Positions 1 through 8,443 of a stretch of 64,000 nt of DNA are shown here, one piece after another. The position numbers were made by a program, and so were the translations under genes. The notes beneath the pieces were generated by a model that was given only the letters and a program-made list of their open reading frames with translations, had not been told where the DNA came from and searched no databases. Every line of letters begins with the position of its first letter. Position 1 is the first letter of the stretch. This DNA is from Opitutales bacterium (GTDB lineage Bacteria > Verrucomicrobiota > Verrucomicrobiia > Opitutales > Seribacteraceae): assembly GCA_965661905.1 (NCBI GenBank), contig CBFIFQ010000001.1, positions 1,138-65,137 of the forward strand. Reading direction: 5' to 3'.

Positions 1-506
1 AACTCAAGAATATCTTGCCTGTCCGACGGGATCCGTCCACCCATACCCGGATCACACCAAGCATCAACTCCATGATAGGCCCCTTTCGCCTTAACAATAA
101 GAGGGCGTTGGGTGTATTGCCTTGCCACCCGAATTGCCCAGGTCGTCAGGTCAGACCCATTTTTGGCAAAGACAGCCCAATCAGCAAATTCAATTCGGCT
201 CACAAGTTTCTCTGCCAATTCAACCATAACCGGAGAAGGCTGGTTAAAAACGGCACCCCTATCTCTTTGCTTACTTGCAGCTTCTTCAATTTCAGGGTTT
301 GAGTAACCGTGTAAAATGGCACCAAACCCACACATAAAGTCCAACCACTCCTTACCATCGACATCAGTAAAGGTATGTCCTGCAGCTTCCTGGCAATAAT
401 GAGGAAAGCAATCAGGGAGACCTGCGGCCGGAGCCACATGCCCATAGATTCCCCCTGGAATTACTTGCTGGGCCCTTTTAAAAAAGTTGGAGGAATTATT
501 TTGCAT
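1..506 (-). CDS. class-III PLP-dependent aminotransferase (glutamate-1-semialdehyde aminomutase-like); 5' part only, runs off the left edge
   Basis: Absent from the ORF track because it has no stop in the window. Hand translation of the minus strand from ATG 506-504 gives MQNNSSNFFKRAQQVIPGGIYGHVAPAAGLPDCFPHYCQEAAGHTFTDVDGKEWLDFMCGFGAILHGYSNPEIEEAASKQRDRGAVFNQPSPVMVELAEKL...VKAKGAYHGVDAW, open to position 1. These are the usual N-terminal landmarks of class-III aminotransferases. Confidence 0.7.
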   Translation of the reverse strand, partial: MQNNSSNFFKRAQQVIPGGIYGHVAPAAGLPDCFPHYCQEAAGHTFTDVDGKEWLDFMCGFGAILHGYSNPEIEEAASKQRDRGAVFNQPSPVMVELAEKLVSRIEFADWAVFAKNGSDLTTWAIRVARQYTQRPLIVKAKGAYHGVDAWCDPGMGGRIPSDRQDILE

Positions 507-1203
507 GAAATTTTTGAAGTGGCGAGGGTACTTCGCGGGAAACAATTCTAGCAACAAAACCAAATTTATCCAACAAAGGTATCCTTCCAGCAACCATTAT
601 ATTACCGAGAGCTGGATCTGCAAGAGGGTCGATTTGGCCACAGGCTCCCCGTATCGCAGAACCTAGGTTTTTAAAGTCTAAGACGACAGATGGTTCAGTG
701 TCAGGTTTTTCTGAAGTGCATTTCCATACATCTTCGTTAGACCGAAAAATTCTGCCCAAGAAAAATTTTTCATGAAGGTAACAGTCGATGGTTCCTTTTT
801 CATCTCTCATTAAATCCTGGACAGATGGGTGATGATTTAGGTAGCACGCGGTCGCTTCAAGTCCTGCTTGGAAAAATATTTTTACATCTTGTTTACCTGG
901 GCTTTGGTTGTACAAATCCTTGATCTCCATGAGGGCTCTTATGCCTTTGTAGGAGACGATTGGATTGATACAGAGGGGGATAATTTCAGGTAAAGCAAAC
1001 CCCTGTCTTACAGCATGTAATAAATTATCATTATCAAAAACAATTTCATCACCTGCAGTTAAAGAAATTTTGGAATTTGTCAGGATGCGGGCAGATAGCT
1101 TATAGAAATTAGGTTTATGTCTCTGGATTTCAACACTCATTGCTTCCAGTGACCGAGCAACAGCCCATGCTGGAAGTTGACCTATTGCCGGCATATTATT
1201 CAT
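496..1203 (-). CDS. hypothetical protein with possible SCP2-like C-terminal domain
   Basis: The ORF track gives 496..1230 with a TTG start. ATGs at 1203 and 1194 straddle the upstream stop (1196-1198), so the start is ambiguous. The C-terminus VVLDFKNLGSAIRGACGQIDPLADPALGNIMVAGRIPLLDKFGF resembles the end of SCP2 lipid-binding domains. Confidence 0.45.
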   Translation of the reverse strand: MNNMPAIGQLPAWAVARSLEAMSVEIQRHKPNFYKLSARILTNSKISLTAGDEIVFDNDNLLHAVRQGFALPEIIPLCINPIVSYKGIRALMEIKDLYNQSPGKQDVKIFFQAGLEATACYLNHHPSVQDLMRDEKGTIDCYLHEKFFLGRIFRSNEDVWKCTSEKPDTEPSVVLDFKNLGSAIRGACGQIDPLADPALGNIMVAGRIPLLDKFGFVARIVSREVPSPLQKFHAK

Positions 1204-2308
1204 CTTTTGTAAGCTCCAAAAGAATATCAATAATCGGTGGATACTTAGGCAAAGTTACCCCCAAGCTTGGGATGCCTGTGGATAAAAGAGCGGGCAACTC
1301 TTGGGGGGTTCTAATACTTACGTACCTGCCGGTTTTTAATTCCCAATAGTTTAAGTTGTTGGTTTCCTGTGGCATCACTCCCCCCCAAAGGTTGAAAATC
1401 ATAGGTGTATTCATTGCCACTGCCTCAGCGCTTAATCCTGCACCCGGTCTTGCCAAAAGACAGGCGGCATGGGATAGCAACGCGACCATGCCTTCAGCAT
1501 CAACTTTGGATAGGGCAATCAGTTTCACTTTACTTTTACCAGCCTGAGAAATTAGATTCTTTAATGTTGTTTCGTTTTTTCCACACAAAGCCACGACTTG
1601 CCTGTATTTGTGCAAATTTATGGAACGAGTAAGTTCCCTGTAAACTTGGGGGTGATTGTTTGTTCCATTTGCCCCAGTGCCTAGAAGGATGAATTTTTCC
1701 TCAGGGTTAATCCCCAAAGACTTTAAATATTTAGTCGTTCTATGAATATCTTTCTCTCGGTAGAACGGTTCCCTTAGTATAAACCCAGCCTCCTTCACTT
1801 TATTCTGAGGCATTCCATATTTGATGGCTGCTTCGCAGGTGGATGAAAACGGTCCGGTAAAAAGATCCGTGTGGGGGTTAACCCAATGCTTGCTAAACCC
1901 ATGACCATCTGCAAACTCCCCGCAATAAACTACAAACCTGACAGCAGGGTTCCAGGTTTTGGCTAGCTTAAAGTAAGCATGATTCAGGTGAGCATGAACG
2001 CTTAGTATAATATCAGGTTTGTGATCCCTAATGGACTGAAGAAATTTTTTTTTACCAAGCAACATTCTTGTGCTGCGGTGGAGCTTTGCATGCTCAAGAA
2101 AAGAAAAATAAAAGGTATGAAGCCATGGTGCTTTTTTTTGGATAACATTATAAAGCTCAGTGCCGAAACGGTAGAAAATTGATCCGGATTCCAGGGGGTG
2201 GGTAACCACGGCTTCCCTGCCCTTCCCTTTTTTCCACCAGGATTGAAGGGCGAAAGCTCTCATGTCATGACCGCCTCCAGTCGATGCACTAAGAATGAGC
2301 AGTTTCAT
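1196..2308 (-). CDS. MGDG-synthase/UgtP-like diacylglycerol glycosyltransferase (GT28-type GT-B fold)
   Basis: The N-terminus MKLLILSASTGGGHDMRAFAL matches the family motif. The C-terminal half (ILLGTGANG...ALCGKN...ARPGAGLSAEAVAMNTPMI) looks like a GT-B sugar-nucleotide binding half. Confidence 0.75.
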   Translation of the reverse strand: MKLLILSASTGGGHDMRAFALQSWWKKGKGREAVVTHPLESGSIFYRFGTELYNVIQKKAPWLHTFYFSFLEHAKLHRSTRMLLGKKKFLQSIRDHKPDIILSVHAHLNHAYFKLAKTWNPAVRFVVYCGEFADGHGFSKHWVNPHTDLFTGPFSSTCEAAIKYGMPQNKVKEAGFILREPFYREKDIHRTTKYLKSLGINPEEKFILLGTGANGTNNHPQVYRELTRSINLHKYRQVVALCGKNETTLKNLISQAGKSKVKLIALSKVDAEGMVALLSHAACLLARPGAGLSAEAVAMNTPMIFNLWGGVMPQETNNLNYWELKTGRYVSIRTPQELPALLSTGIPSLGVTLPKYPPIIDILLELTKDE

Positions 2309-2345
2309 AATCGCTTGAGGATTAATTATTAGATAACAGATTGGT

Positions 2346-2369
2346 GCTGTAATGGTAACCCCTTACAGC
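2346..2369 (-). terminator. weak hairpin downstream of the DUF1015 gene (gctgtaa / 10-nt loop / ttacagc)
   Basis: A 7-bp inverted repeat lies 17 nt past the stop at 2386. No U-tract follows on the minus strand, so this is at best a weak terminator or processing site. Confidence 0.25.
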
Positions 2370-2385
2370 CAATGAAGTGTTTCTA

Positions 2386-3624
2386 CTACTGAAGCTCGTG
2401 GATGAACAAACCACTTCGAAGCTTTGGTTCAAACCAAGTTGTTTTAGGCGGCATAATTTCTCCAGCATCTGCAATGGCGAGGAGCTCAGCCATGGATACG
2501 GGAAAAAGGGCAAAGGCGACTGCCATTTCACCAGAGTCTACCCGCCGTTCCAGTTCGCCTAAACCACGGATACCCCCAACAAAATCAATCCTTGTATCTT
2601 TCCGTAAGTCTTGAATACCAAGAATCGGATCCAGGACTTTCTCCGACAAAAGAGTGACATCCAGGTTCTCCTTGGGGTTATCCGAAGAAATAACTTCCTT
2701 CGGGTTCAAGCTATACCACTTCTTATCAAGATACATGGAAAAAACACCCTTAATTGAAGGACTTTGAGCGGACTCCAATTCTGAGATTTCAAAAATTCGC
2801 TGAAGCTTCTCCTTGAATTGATCAGTGGACATGCCATTCAGGTCTTGAACTACTCGGTTATAATCAAAGATTTTTAACTGATCATCTGAAAATAAAACCG
2901 CCATAAAAAAATTATATTCTTCCGTTCCATCATGGTTAGGGTTGTTATCCTTCTTTTGCTGCCCTACCCTCGCAGCTGCCGCTGTACGGTGGTGTCCATC
3001 TGCCACATAAAGATCCGGAACAGACTTGAAATCATTTTCAATCCTCGAGATAGAAGATTCATCATCGATAACCCAGAGCTCATGCCGGATGCCATCATCC
3101 GCGGTAAAGTCATAGACCGGGTCCGATTGAGTCGCGTTCGTAATTACCTGATTGATGGAATCAAGCCCGCGGTAAGAAAAAAATACAGGTTCTGCGTTGG
3201 CATTTTGAGTTTCCACATGCCTGACCCGGTCATTTTCCTTGGCAGTCCTGGTCAGCTCATGCTTCTTGATATGACCGTCATAATATTCCTGATAATGACA
3301 GCAGCCGACGATTCCAGTCTGTTCACGACCATCCATGGTTAACCGATAGATATAAAAGGATGGAGTTGCATCTTTTTCAATAATTTGTTCGGAGCGTAAA
3401 AAATTGAGATTTTCAAGTCCCTGGTTGTATACATTTGCACCATAAGGATCAATGTCATCAGGCAGTTCAAGTTCTGGCTTAATCACCCGAAGAAATGAAT
3501 ATTTATTGCCCTCTGCCTCTTGCCTGGCTTCCTGGGCGTTTAATACATCGTAAGGACGGGATGCAACATCTTTTGCATACTCAGGTTTTGGGCGTAGTGC
3601 TCTAAAAGGTTTGAAGGTGGCCAT
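2386..3624 (-). CDS. DUF1015 family protein
   Basis: The N-terminus MATFKPFRALRPKPEYAKDVASRPYDVL and the internal LYVADGHHRTAAA motif are typical of DUF1015. Confidence 0.8.
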   Translation of the reverse strand: MATFKPFRALRPKPEYAKDVASRPYDVLNAQEARQEAEGNKYSFLRVIKPELELPDDIDPYGANVYNQGLENLNFLRSEQIIEKDATPSFYIYRLTMDGREQTGIVGCCHYQEYYDGHIKKHELTRTAKENDRVRHVETQNANAEPVFFSYRGLDSINQVITNATQSDPVYDFTADDGIRHELWVIDDESSISRIENDFKSVPDLYVADGHHRTAAAARVGQQKKDNNPNHDGTEEYNFFMAVLFSDDQLKIFDYNRVVQDLNGMSTDQFKEKLQRIFEISELESAQSPSIKGVFSMYLDKKWYSLNPKEVISSDNPKENLDVTLLSEKVLDPILGIQDLRKDTRIDFVGGIRGLGELERRVDSGEMAVAFALFPVSMAELLAIADAGEIMPPKTTWFEPKLRSGLFIHELQ

Positions 3625-3670
3625 AGTTACTATTTAGGAAGTTTTTAAGATAAGCGGAAAAACTTGATCC

Positions 3671-3973
3671 TTACTCTTCAGCTTTTTTCTCAAGCGAAGC
3701 ATTTTTTTTGGCTTTGAATTGCTCAATCAACTTTTTGGCTGAACCGGCCGCCAGTGTACTTTTGAGTAATCCACCTTGGCTTGGTAAGCCCGATACAGCT
3801 GCTGCTTGGTTTGAGGATTGCATCTCCTCTAAGATTTCTCTCCGGAAAATTGAAATGGAGCGAGGGGCAGAGATTCCAATCTTTACTGAATCCCCCTCTA
3901 TTTTAGTGATCGAAATCTCAATTTCATCACCAATTTTTATACCCTGCTCTACTTTACGAGATAATATCAACAT
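3671..3973 (-). CDS. csrA: carbon storage regulator CsrA with a long C-terminal tail (100 aa)
   Basis: [47 protein letters not shown] is the canonical CsrA core. It lies directly downstream of fliW. An extra tail of about 45 aa is rich in Ala, Lys and Ser. Confidence 0.9.
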   Translation of the reverse strand: MLILSRKVEQGIKIGDEIEISITKIEGDSVKIGISAPRSISIFRREILEEMQSSNQAAAVSGLPSQGGLLKSTLAAGSAKKLIEQFKAKKNASLEKKAEE

Positions 3974-3990
3974 GGTCTCAAATAGTAAAA

Positions 3991-4446
3991 TTAGAGACCT
4001 TCACCACCAACATCAAGAATGTGGCGGGCAGAATAATCTTCATGATTATTGATGATACATTGCTTGCCGACCAATGTCTTGCGGTTCACGATAATGGGAC
4101 CGACAAGGTTAAGTGAAATTTTACTCGCTTGCTCAGGAAGCAAGGTGACGATGTTGAGGATCATCGTATCTTCAGGTCCTGTTATTCCAAGTACCTTAAT
4201 ATCAGCATCTGCTATTTCGACAGAATAATCAGGCAATACACCACCTGGCTCTAGCACAACAAAAGCCAAGCCATCTTCCTGCTCTTCCCGCAACCACATG
4301 AAGGGTAATTCCTCTCTGTCAAACATGAGTTCCATGTTCCGGATTTTAGAAAAACCAAACAAACCCTGAGGGAGCGAGATTTTGTTTTGACTTGTGGAGG
4401 AGTCAAGGTCCGGGTTATTGGAGTCCTCTCCTAAATTCAGTTTCAT
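3991..4446 (-). CDS. fliW: flagellar assembly factor FliW
   Basis: [18 protein letters not shown]...[20 protein letters not shown]...[21 protein letters not shown] match FliW family landmarks. The flgL-fliW-csrA synteny supports the call. Confidence 0.85.
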   Translation of the reverse strand: MKLNLGEDSNNPDLDSSTSQNKISLPQGLFGFSKIRNMELMFDREELPFMWLREEQEDGLAFVVLEPGGVLPDYSVEIADADIKVLGITGPEDTMILNIVTLLPEQASKISLNLVGPIIVNRKTLVGKQCIINNHEDYSARHILDVGGEGL

Positions 4447-4453
4447 AAAGAAA

Positions 4454-7400
4454 TTACAAGTAATTCAATAAAGAAGTGTTCAGCAGTTGAGCACCAACCT
4501 GCATAGCAGCCTGATAGGCAGTGGATACCCTCGAAAGCCTCATAATGGTCTCGGATAAATCGATATCCAGGTCTCGGGATACTCTCTGATCAAGTTGCAT
4601 GAAGTAATCTTCATCATGGGCCTTGACGGTTTCCATACGAACCATGCTGGCAGTAAGTTCCCCCATTTTATCGATAATATTGTCTTCGAGCTCAATAAGT
4701 CTCTTTTCTGAATCCTCGACTTCCTGGGAATAAAAAGAAGGGGTTGCGTTTGCTAACCCATCACGAAGCTCTACGAGAGTATTGACCACATCACCCAATT
4801 CGGCGGTGCCTCCATCTGCAGAATTTAAGAAGGATGAAATAGCACTGTCTTTGCCCACATAAAACTCTGAATTATTTTCAGAACCCATGTAGGTTACATT
4901 TACAATCTCACCTTTCTCGTTACGGTGATCAAGAAAGGTTTTCGAACCTGTGGCAAAAGAAAAAGTGTCTCCAATTCGAGGACCGATAGGTGCGAGGCTC
5001 GTAATAGGCTCAGTGGGTTCATTGATCTCAAAACCGGCGATTCTGAATGGACCAGGGTCATTGGGGTTTTCTTGCCACAATATTGATGCCTCAAGAGATT
5101 CCTGCCCAACCTGAATCGTAACCTTTGTGAAATCTTCAGGGATATTGCCATCTTGAAAAAAGTACCTACCCGCTTCCTCAACTTTTAACCCAACTATATT
5201 ACCGTTTGCATCGACAACAGCTTTTGCGGATGCATCCGAACCGGCTGCACCAGCAGTTGGGATTGAGACTATGGGTGCATCATCACGGGTAGCATCAAAT
5301 TGAAGGACATGCTGCAGTGGGTTTTCTACAATTTCCCATATGTAATTTGCGACCTGACTTTGACCATCCACACTTGGTATAAGTTCAGAATCAGGAAGCA
5401 CCATTTCTGTAGAGCCAAGAAAATCGGCTGATGGAAGAAAATTATTAAAATTATCCCGCATACTCCGATAGTATTGACCATCGTATAACACAATGTCACC
5501 TGAGTGATATGTTTTATTGGAAGACCACTCAGACCCTTGTGTTCGTACCTCAGCAGGCACTTTAATCATTTTATTATCTGCCAGAAGGGCTTCAAACGCT
5601 GCATTACTATCTATATTGGTAGCTTCTGTCGCCACATAGTAAGCTTTCTCTTCCTGGTGGAAGATGTATTCACCGGTGTCTAAGGCAATGTCCGTATTTT
5701 CAGCTTCACTCGAAAATACTGTTTCCTGTCCTTCCCTCGGCAGTGCTGTCAGCTTGAAGACTGTACCATCGCTACGAGCCGAAGCTTCTCGAATATTGGC
5801 AATGGGAGCTGAAGGGTTTGTGGGATCAAAACCTTCAACATTGGTATCAGTATTCGAATTTGCAGTGGCAATGTAATACTTGTCTAGGGATTCATCGTAG
5901 ATGTATTCCCCTTTCAATAAATTAAATGGTTCGCCTTCTACTATGGGTACAACATTGGGCGGGAATTGATCTTGTATGGACAGCCATAAGGAGCTGTCAG
6001 TAGCTAAGGTGTCATCAGTTGGAATGAAATATTGACCATCTAACTGCTCAATAGGCTGTTCAAAGGTGATCATTTGACTGGAAATGATCTGACTTCCCTC
6101 AGCCGCTGCAGCAAGCCTATACTCTTGGGTTTGGTGGTCAAAGTAGACCGTCCCTTCAGACTCGGAACCTGATACATCGAAAGTTGCAACTGGGTAAGAA
6201 ATGGTCTTTACCTTTTCTTCAGCTAGTAAATCTAAATCCTCGGGAGTTGTATCAACTGGCAGTGCATCTTGAGAGAAAAGGAGGATATTGCTATTATGGG
6301 CCTTAGCTTCAGAAAATTCATTAAACAACCTACCATCCAAGGAAACATGAAATTCTTTAAGGGTTGTACCCGTTGCCTGTACATTCCAATCTTCACGGTC
6401 AACGCTGTACCCTGATGGTAGTTCTTTCCAGTAAGTCGATATTCCTTCAGCAGGTTTGTGATTGAAATTATCATTTATTTGAGACTCCCAAAGTTTGCCT
6501 TCAAATTCGGTGATACTTCCAAGTTCATAGGTCTGGAGCCTTTTCCATGGATCGGAATGGGTAACGGAAAGGCGAGATGTACCATCTGAAGAAGAAATCC
6601 CCACATTAATTTCTTGTGTCCAGGTTGGGTCAATCGAATCTTCAGGGATTTCTTCGTAGGTAACGCCTTCATTTTCTACTCCAACCGTAATGGGACTAAA
6701 GAACTCTTGAGTAACTGAGTTGACCGCTTGAAAAGGAGATGCACTGAAGTAGGTGGGAGCAACTTCATCAAAGTTTAGGTTGGCATTCGTAGCTTGATCA
6801 AGAACATCAGCACTGACATTGGTTATTACCCCATTTATTTTACCAGAAAGTGTCGCTATGGAAGTGCCAAGACTCGACCATTTTGCAGATCTTCCTGGGT
6901 TTGTGACGTCGAAGTCAGCAGATGTGGAGTCGCTACTTATGGCAACAGATGCTTCGTAGTAAATTCCGTTGTGCCTGACAACTGCACCCTGCTCGTAGTT
7001 TTTCACTTCCCAATCTGTAGAAAGAGAGGAAACCGAATCTTCATCAAATGAATAAAAGTCGCTGCCATCATGCACCACATCACCAGCTGAGTAATTGGCA
7101 AAGGCATCAAATTGCCCCTTCATAATTTCGCCTGCAACTACAACCTGCTGATTGTTTGCCTGAAGTACATCACCTGAGGTGTAAGCTAGGTTGGGGTTAA
7201 AGGTTGAAAGCCCTGCGGGGTTATGCGGAACATCATTGCTCAGCGTGCCGTTTGGATCAAGGACTTTGTGCCAGGCTCCATCGTGAAAGACGAAGTCATT
7301 TTCAGCATATTCATCAGGTCCCCAGTTCCCCTTGACGGGATCTTGGAACTGCAAGAAGCGTGGGTTGTCTGGGTCCGTGATATCATCCAAAACCTTGTCT

Positions 7401-8434
7401 CCTGCCTTAAAAGAAAGTTTATCGCTCCAAAGAGAAAAAGAACCATTCGGTGCTTCAAAGACGGCATCATCCACAATTTTCTTTTCGGAGGGAGTCAGGG
7501 TTTCGTAGGAAGAGCCTGGGTAAAGAATCTCAGTCTGCGCTGCTCTTTTTTGAGCAATTTGGTTAGGATAATAATGACTTGCGTCCCACTGCGTCCGGTA
7601 CTCTGCCTTGGCGTCGTAGGACTTCCCGACAGTGCCGTAAACTAATAAGTCGCCATTTGTAGATATTTCCGAATATAGTTTTATATCCGATTTCCGAGGA
7701 GTTTCAGAACCAACCGATCCACGGATGAAAGCCCTGTAGTTTTCACCTTCAGGTTCAAGAGGTTCAAAGTCAGAAAGTATCTCAGGGTCTTCGTTAATTA
7801 ACTTATTCGCAAGTTCAGTAATTTTATCAGTAGTTAATCCATCAGCAGTTGCTTCAATTACATATTCCCTTCCGTTTAAATGAATAACCACTTGTTCACC
7901 TGCCTTGATCTGCCTGGAACCATCGGCTCCAATATCACCCACAAAGCTCGAATTTAAAGATATAGTTGATCTTTGCTCTTGGCCCAATTGAATTTCAGAA
8001 TTCCCAAACTCAGGCTTTAATTGAGTGCCAGCAAAAAGGGAGCGCCCTCTATGCCTGGCGTTAACCCGATTCAGTGCTTCCTCAATGAGTTGATTGATCT
8101 CATTGCCATAGGTCTCCATAGCAGGGCCGTTAAGGCTGGAACCGGCAACCCTTGATATTTCCTGGGCACGCTGGTTAAGTTCCCTCAGGTTATCTAAGTT
8201 TAGATGCCCAGCATTAAGGAATTCAGAGGCATAAGAAGCATTTCTTTGATACTGGGCAAGTTTCCCCTTTTCAGTATCGATATCGATGACGCGGCCAAGA
8301 CGCATGCCATCATCTTCCGGTAGAGTGATTTTTTGCCCACTCGAAATTTGTTTATCCAATTTATAGCGCTGCATATCCAAGTCACGAATGGTATTCGTGA
8401 TGGAGTCAGAAACACTAAGGTTAGGTAAACGCAT
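4454..8434 (-). CDS. flgL: flagellar hook-associated protein 3 (FlgL), giant 1326-aa form
   Basis: Flagellin-type N-terminal helices (SITNTIRDLDMQRYKLDKQISSGQKI...) and C-terminal helices (DLSETIMRLSRVSTAYQAAMQVGAQLLNTSLLNYL). It follows flgK directly. There is no Cys in 1326 residues. Confidence 0.85.
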   Translation of the reverse strand: MRLPNLSVSDSITNTIRDLDMQRYKLDKQISSGQKITLPEDDGMRLGRVIDIDTEKGKLAQYQRNASYASEFLNAGHLNLDNLRELNQRAQEISRVAGSSLNGPAMETYGNEINQLIEEALNRVNARHRGRSLFAGTQLKPEFGNSEIQLGQEQRSTISLNSSFVGDIGADGSRQIKAGEQVVIHLNGREYVIEATADGLTTDKITELANKLINEDPEILSDFEPLEPEGENYRAFIRGSVGSETPRKSDIKLYSEISTNGDLLVYGTVGKSYDAKAEYRTQWDASHYYPNQIAQKRAAQTEILYPGSSYETLTPSEKKIVDDAVFEAPNGSFSLWSDKLSFKAGDKVLDDITDPDNPRFLQFQDPVKGNWGPDEYAENDFVFHDGAWHKVLDPNGTLSNDVPHNPAGLSTFNPNLAYTSGDVLQANNQQVVVAGEIMKGQFDAFANYSAGDVVHDGSDFYSFDEDSVSSLSTDWEVKNYEQGAVVRHNGIYYEASVAISSDSTSADFDVTNPGRSAKWSSLGTSIATLSGKINGVITNVSADVLDQATNANLNFDEVAPTYFSASPFQAVNSVTQEFFSPITVGVENEGVTYEEIPEDSIDPTWTQEINVGISSSDGTSRLSVTHSDPWKRLQTYELGSITEFEGKLWESQINDNFNHKPAEGISTYWKELPSGYSVDREDWNVQATGTTLKEFHVSLDGRLFNEFSEAKAHNSNILLFSQDALPVDTTPEDLDLLAEEKVKTISYPVATFDVSGSESEGTVYFDHQTQEYRLAAAAEGSQIISSQMITFEQPIEQLDGQYFIPTDDTLATDSSLWLSIQDQFPPNVVPIVEGEPFNLLKGEYIYDESLDKYYIATANSNTDTNVEGFDPTNPSAPIANIREASARSDGTVFKLTALPREGQETVFSSEAENTDIALDTGEYIFHQEEKAYYVATEATNIDSNAAFEALLADNKMIKVPAEVRTQGSEWSSNKTYHSGDIVLYDGQYYRSMRDNFNNFLPSADFLGSTEMVLPDSELIPSVDGQSQVANYIWEIVENPLQHVLQFDATRDDAPIVSIPTAGAAGSDASAKAVVDANGNIVGLKVEEAGRYFFQDGNIPEDFTKVTIQVGQESLEASILWQENPNDPGPFRIAGFEINEPTEPITSLAPIGPRIGDTFSFATGSKTFLDHRNEKGEIVNVTYMGSENNSEFYVGKDSAISSFLNSADGGTAELGDVVNTLVELRDGLANATPSFYSQEVEDSEKRLIELEDNIIDKMGELTASMVRMETVKAHDEDYFMQLDQRVSRDLDIDLSETIMRLSRVSTAYQAAMQVGAQLLNTSLLNYL

Positions 8435-8443
8435 ATAGGTAAA

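Noticed and set aside
15-445. ORF-track ORFs 15..302 (+), 112..306 (+) and 200..445 (-).
   Set aside because: A different minus-strand frame gives an uninterrupted, clearly aminotransferase-like translation from 506 to the window edge. The three listed ORFs have no recognisable features and are shadow frames of that gene.
3639-3665. The inverted repeat aagttttt/aaaaactt after csrA as the terminator of block 2.
   Set aside because: The stem has only one G:C pair, the loop is 11 nt, and no U-tract follows. It is too weak to call.
7223-7645. Plus-strand ORFs inside flgL and flgK (7223..7645, 10280..10759, 10698..11003, 9095..9415).
   Set aside because: They lie antisense to long ORFs with clear homology. 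Their translations are low-complexity or hydrophobic junk, so they are shadow ORFs.
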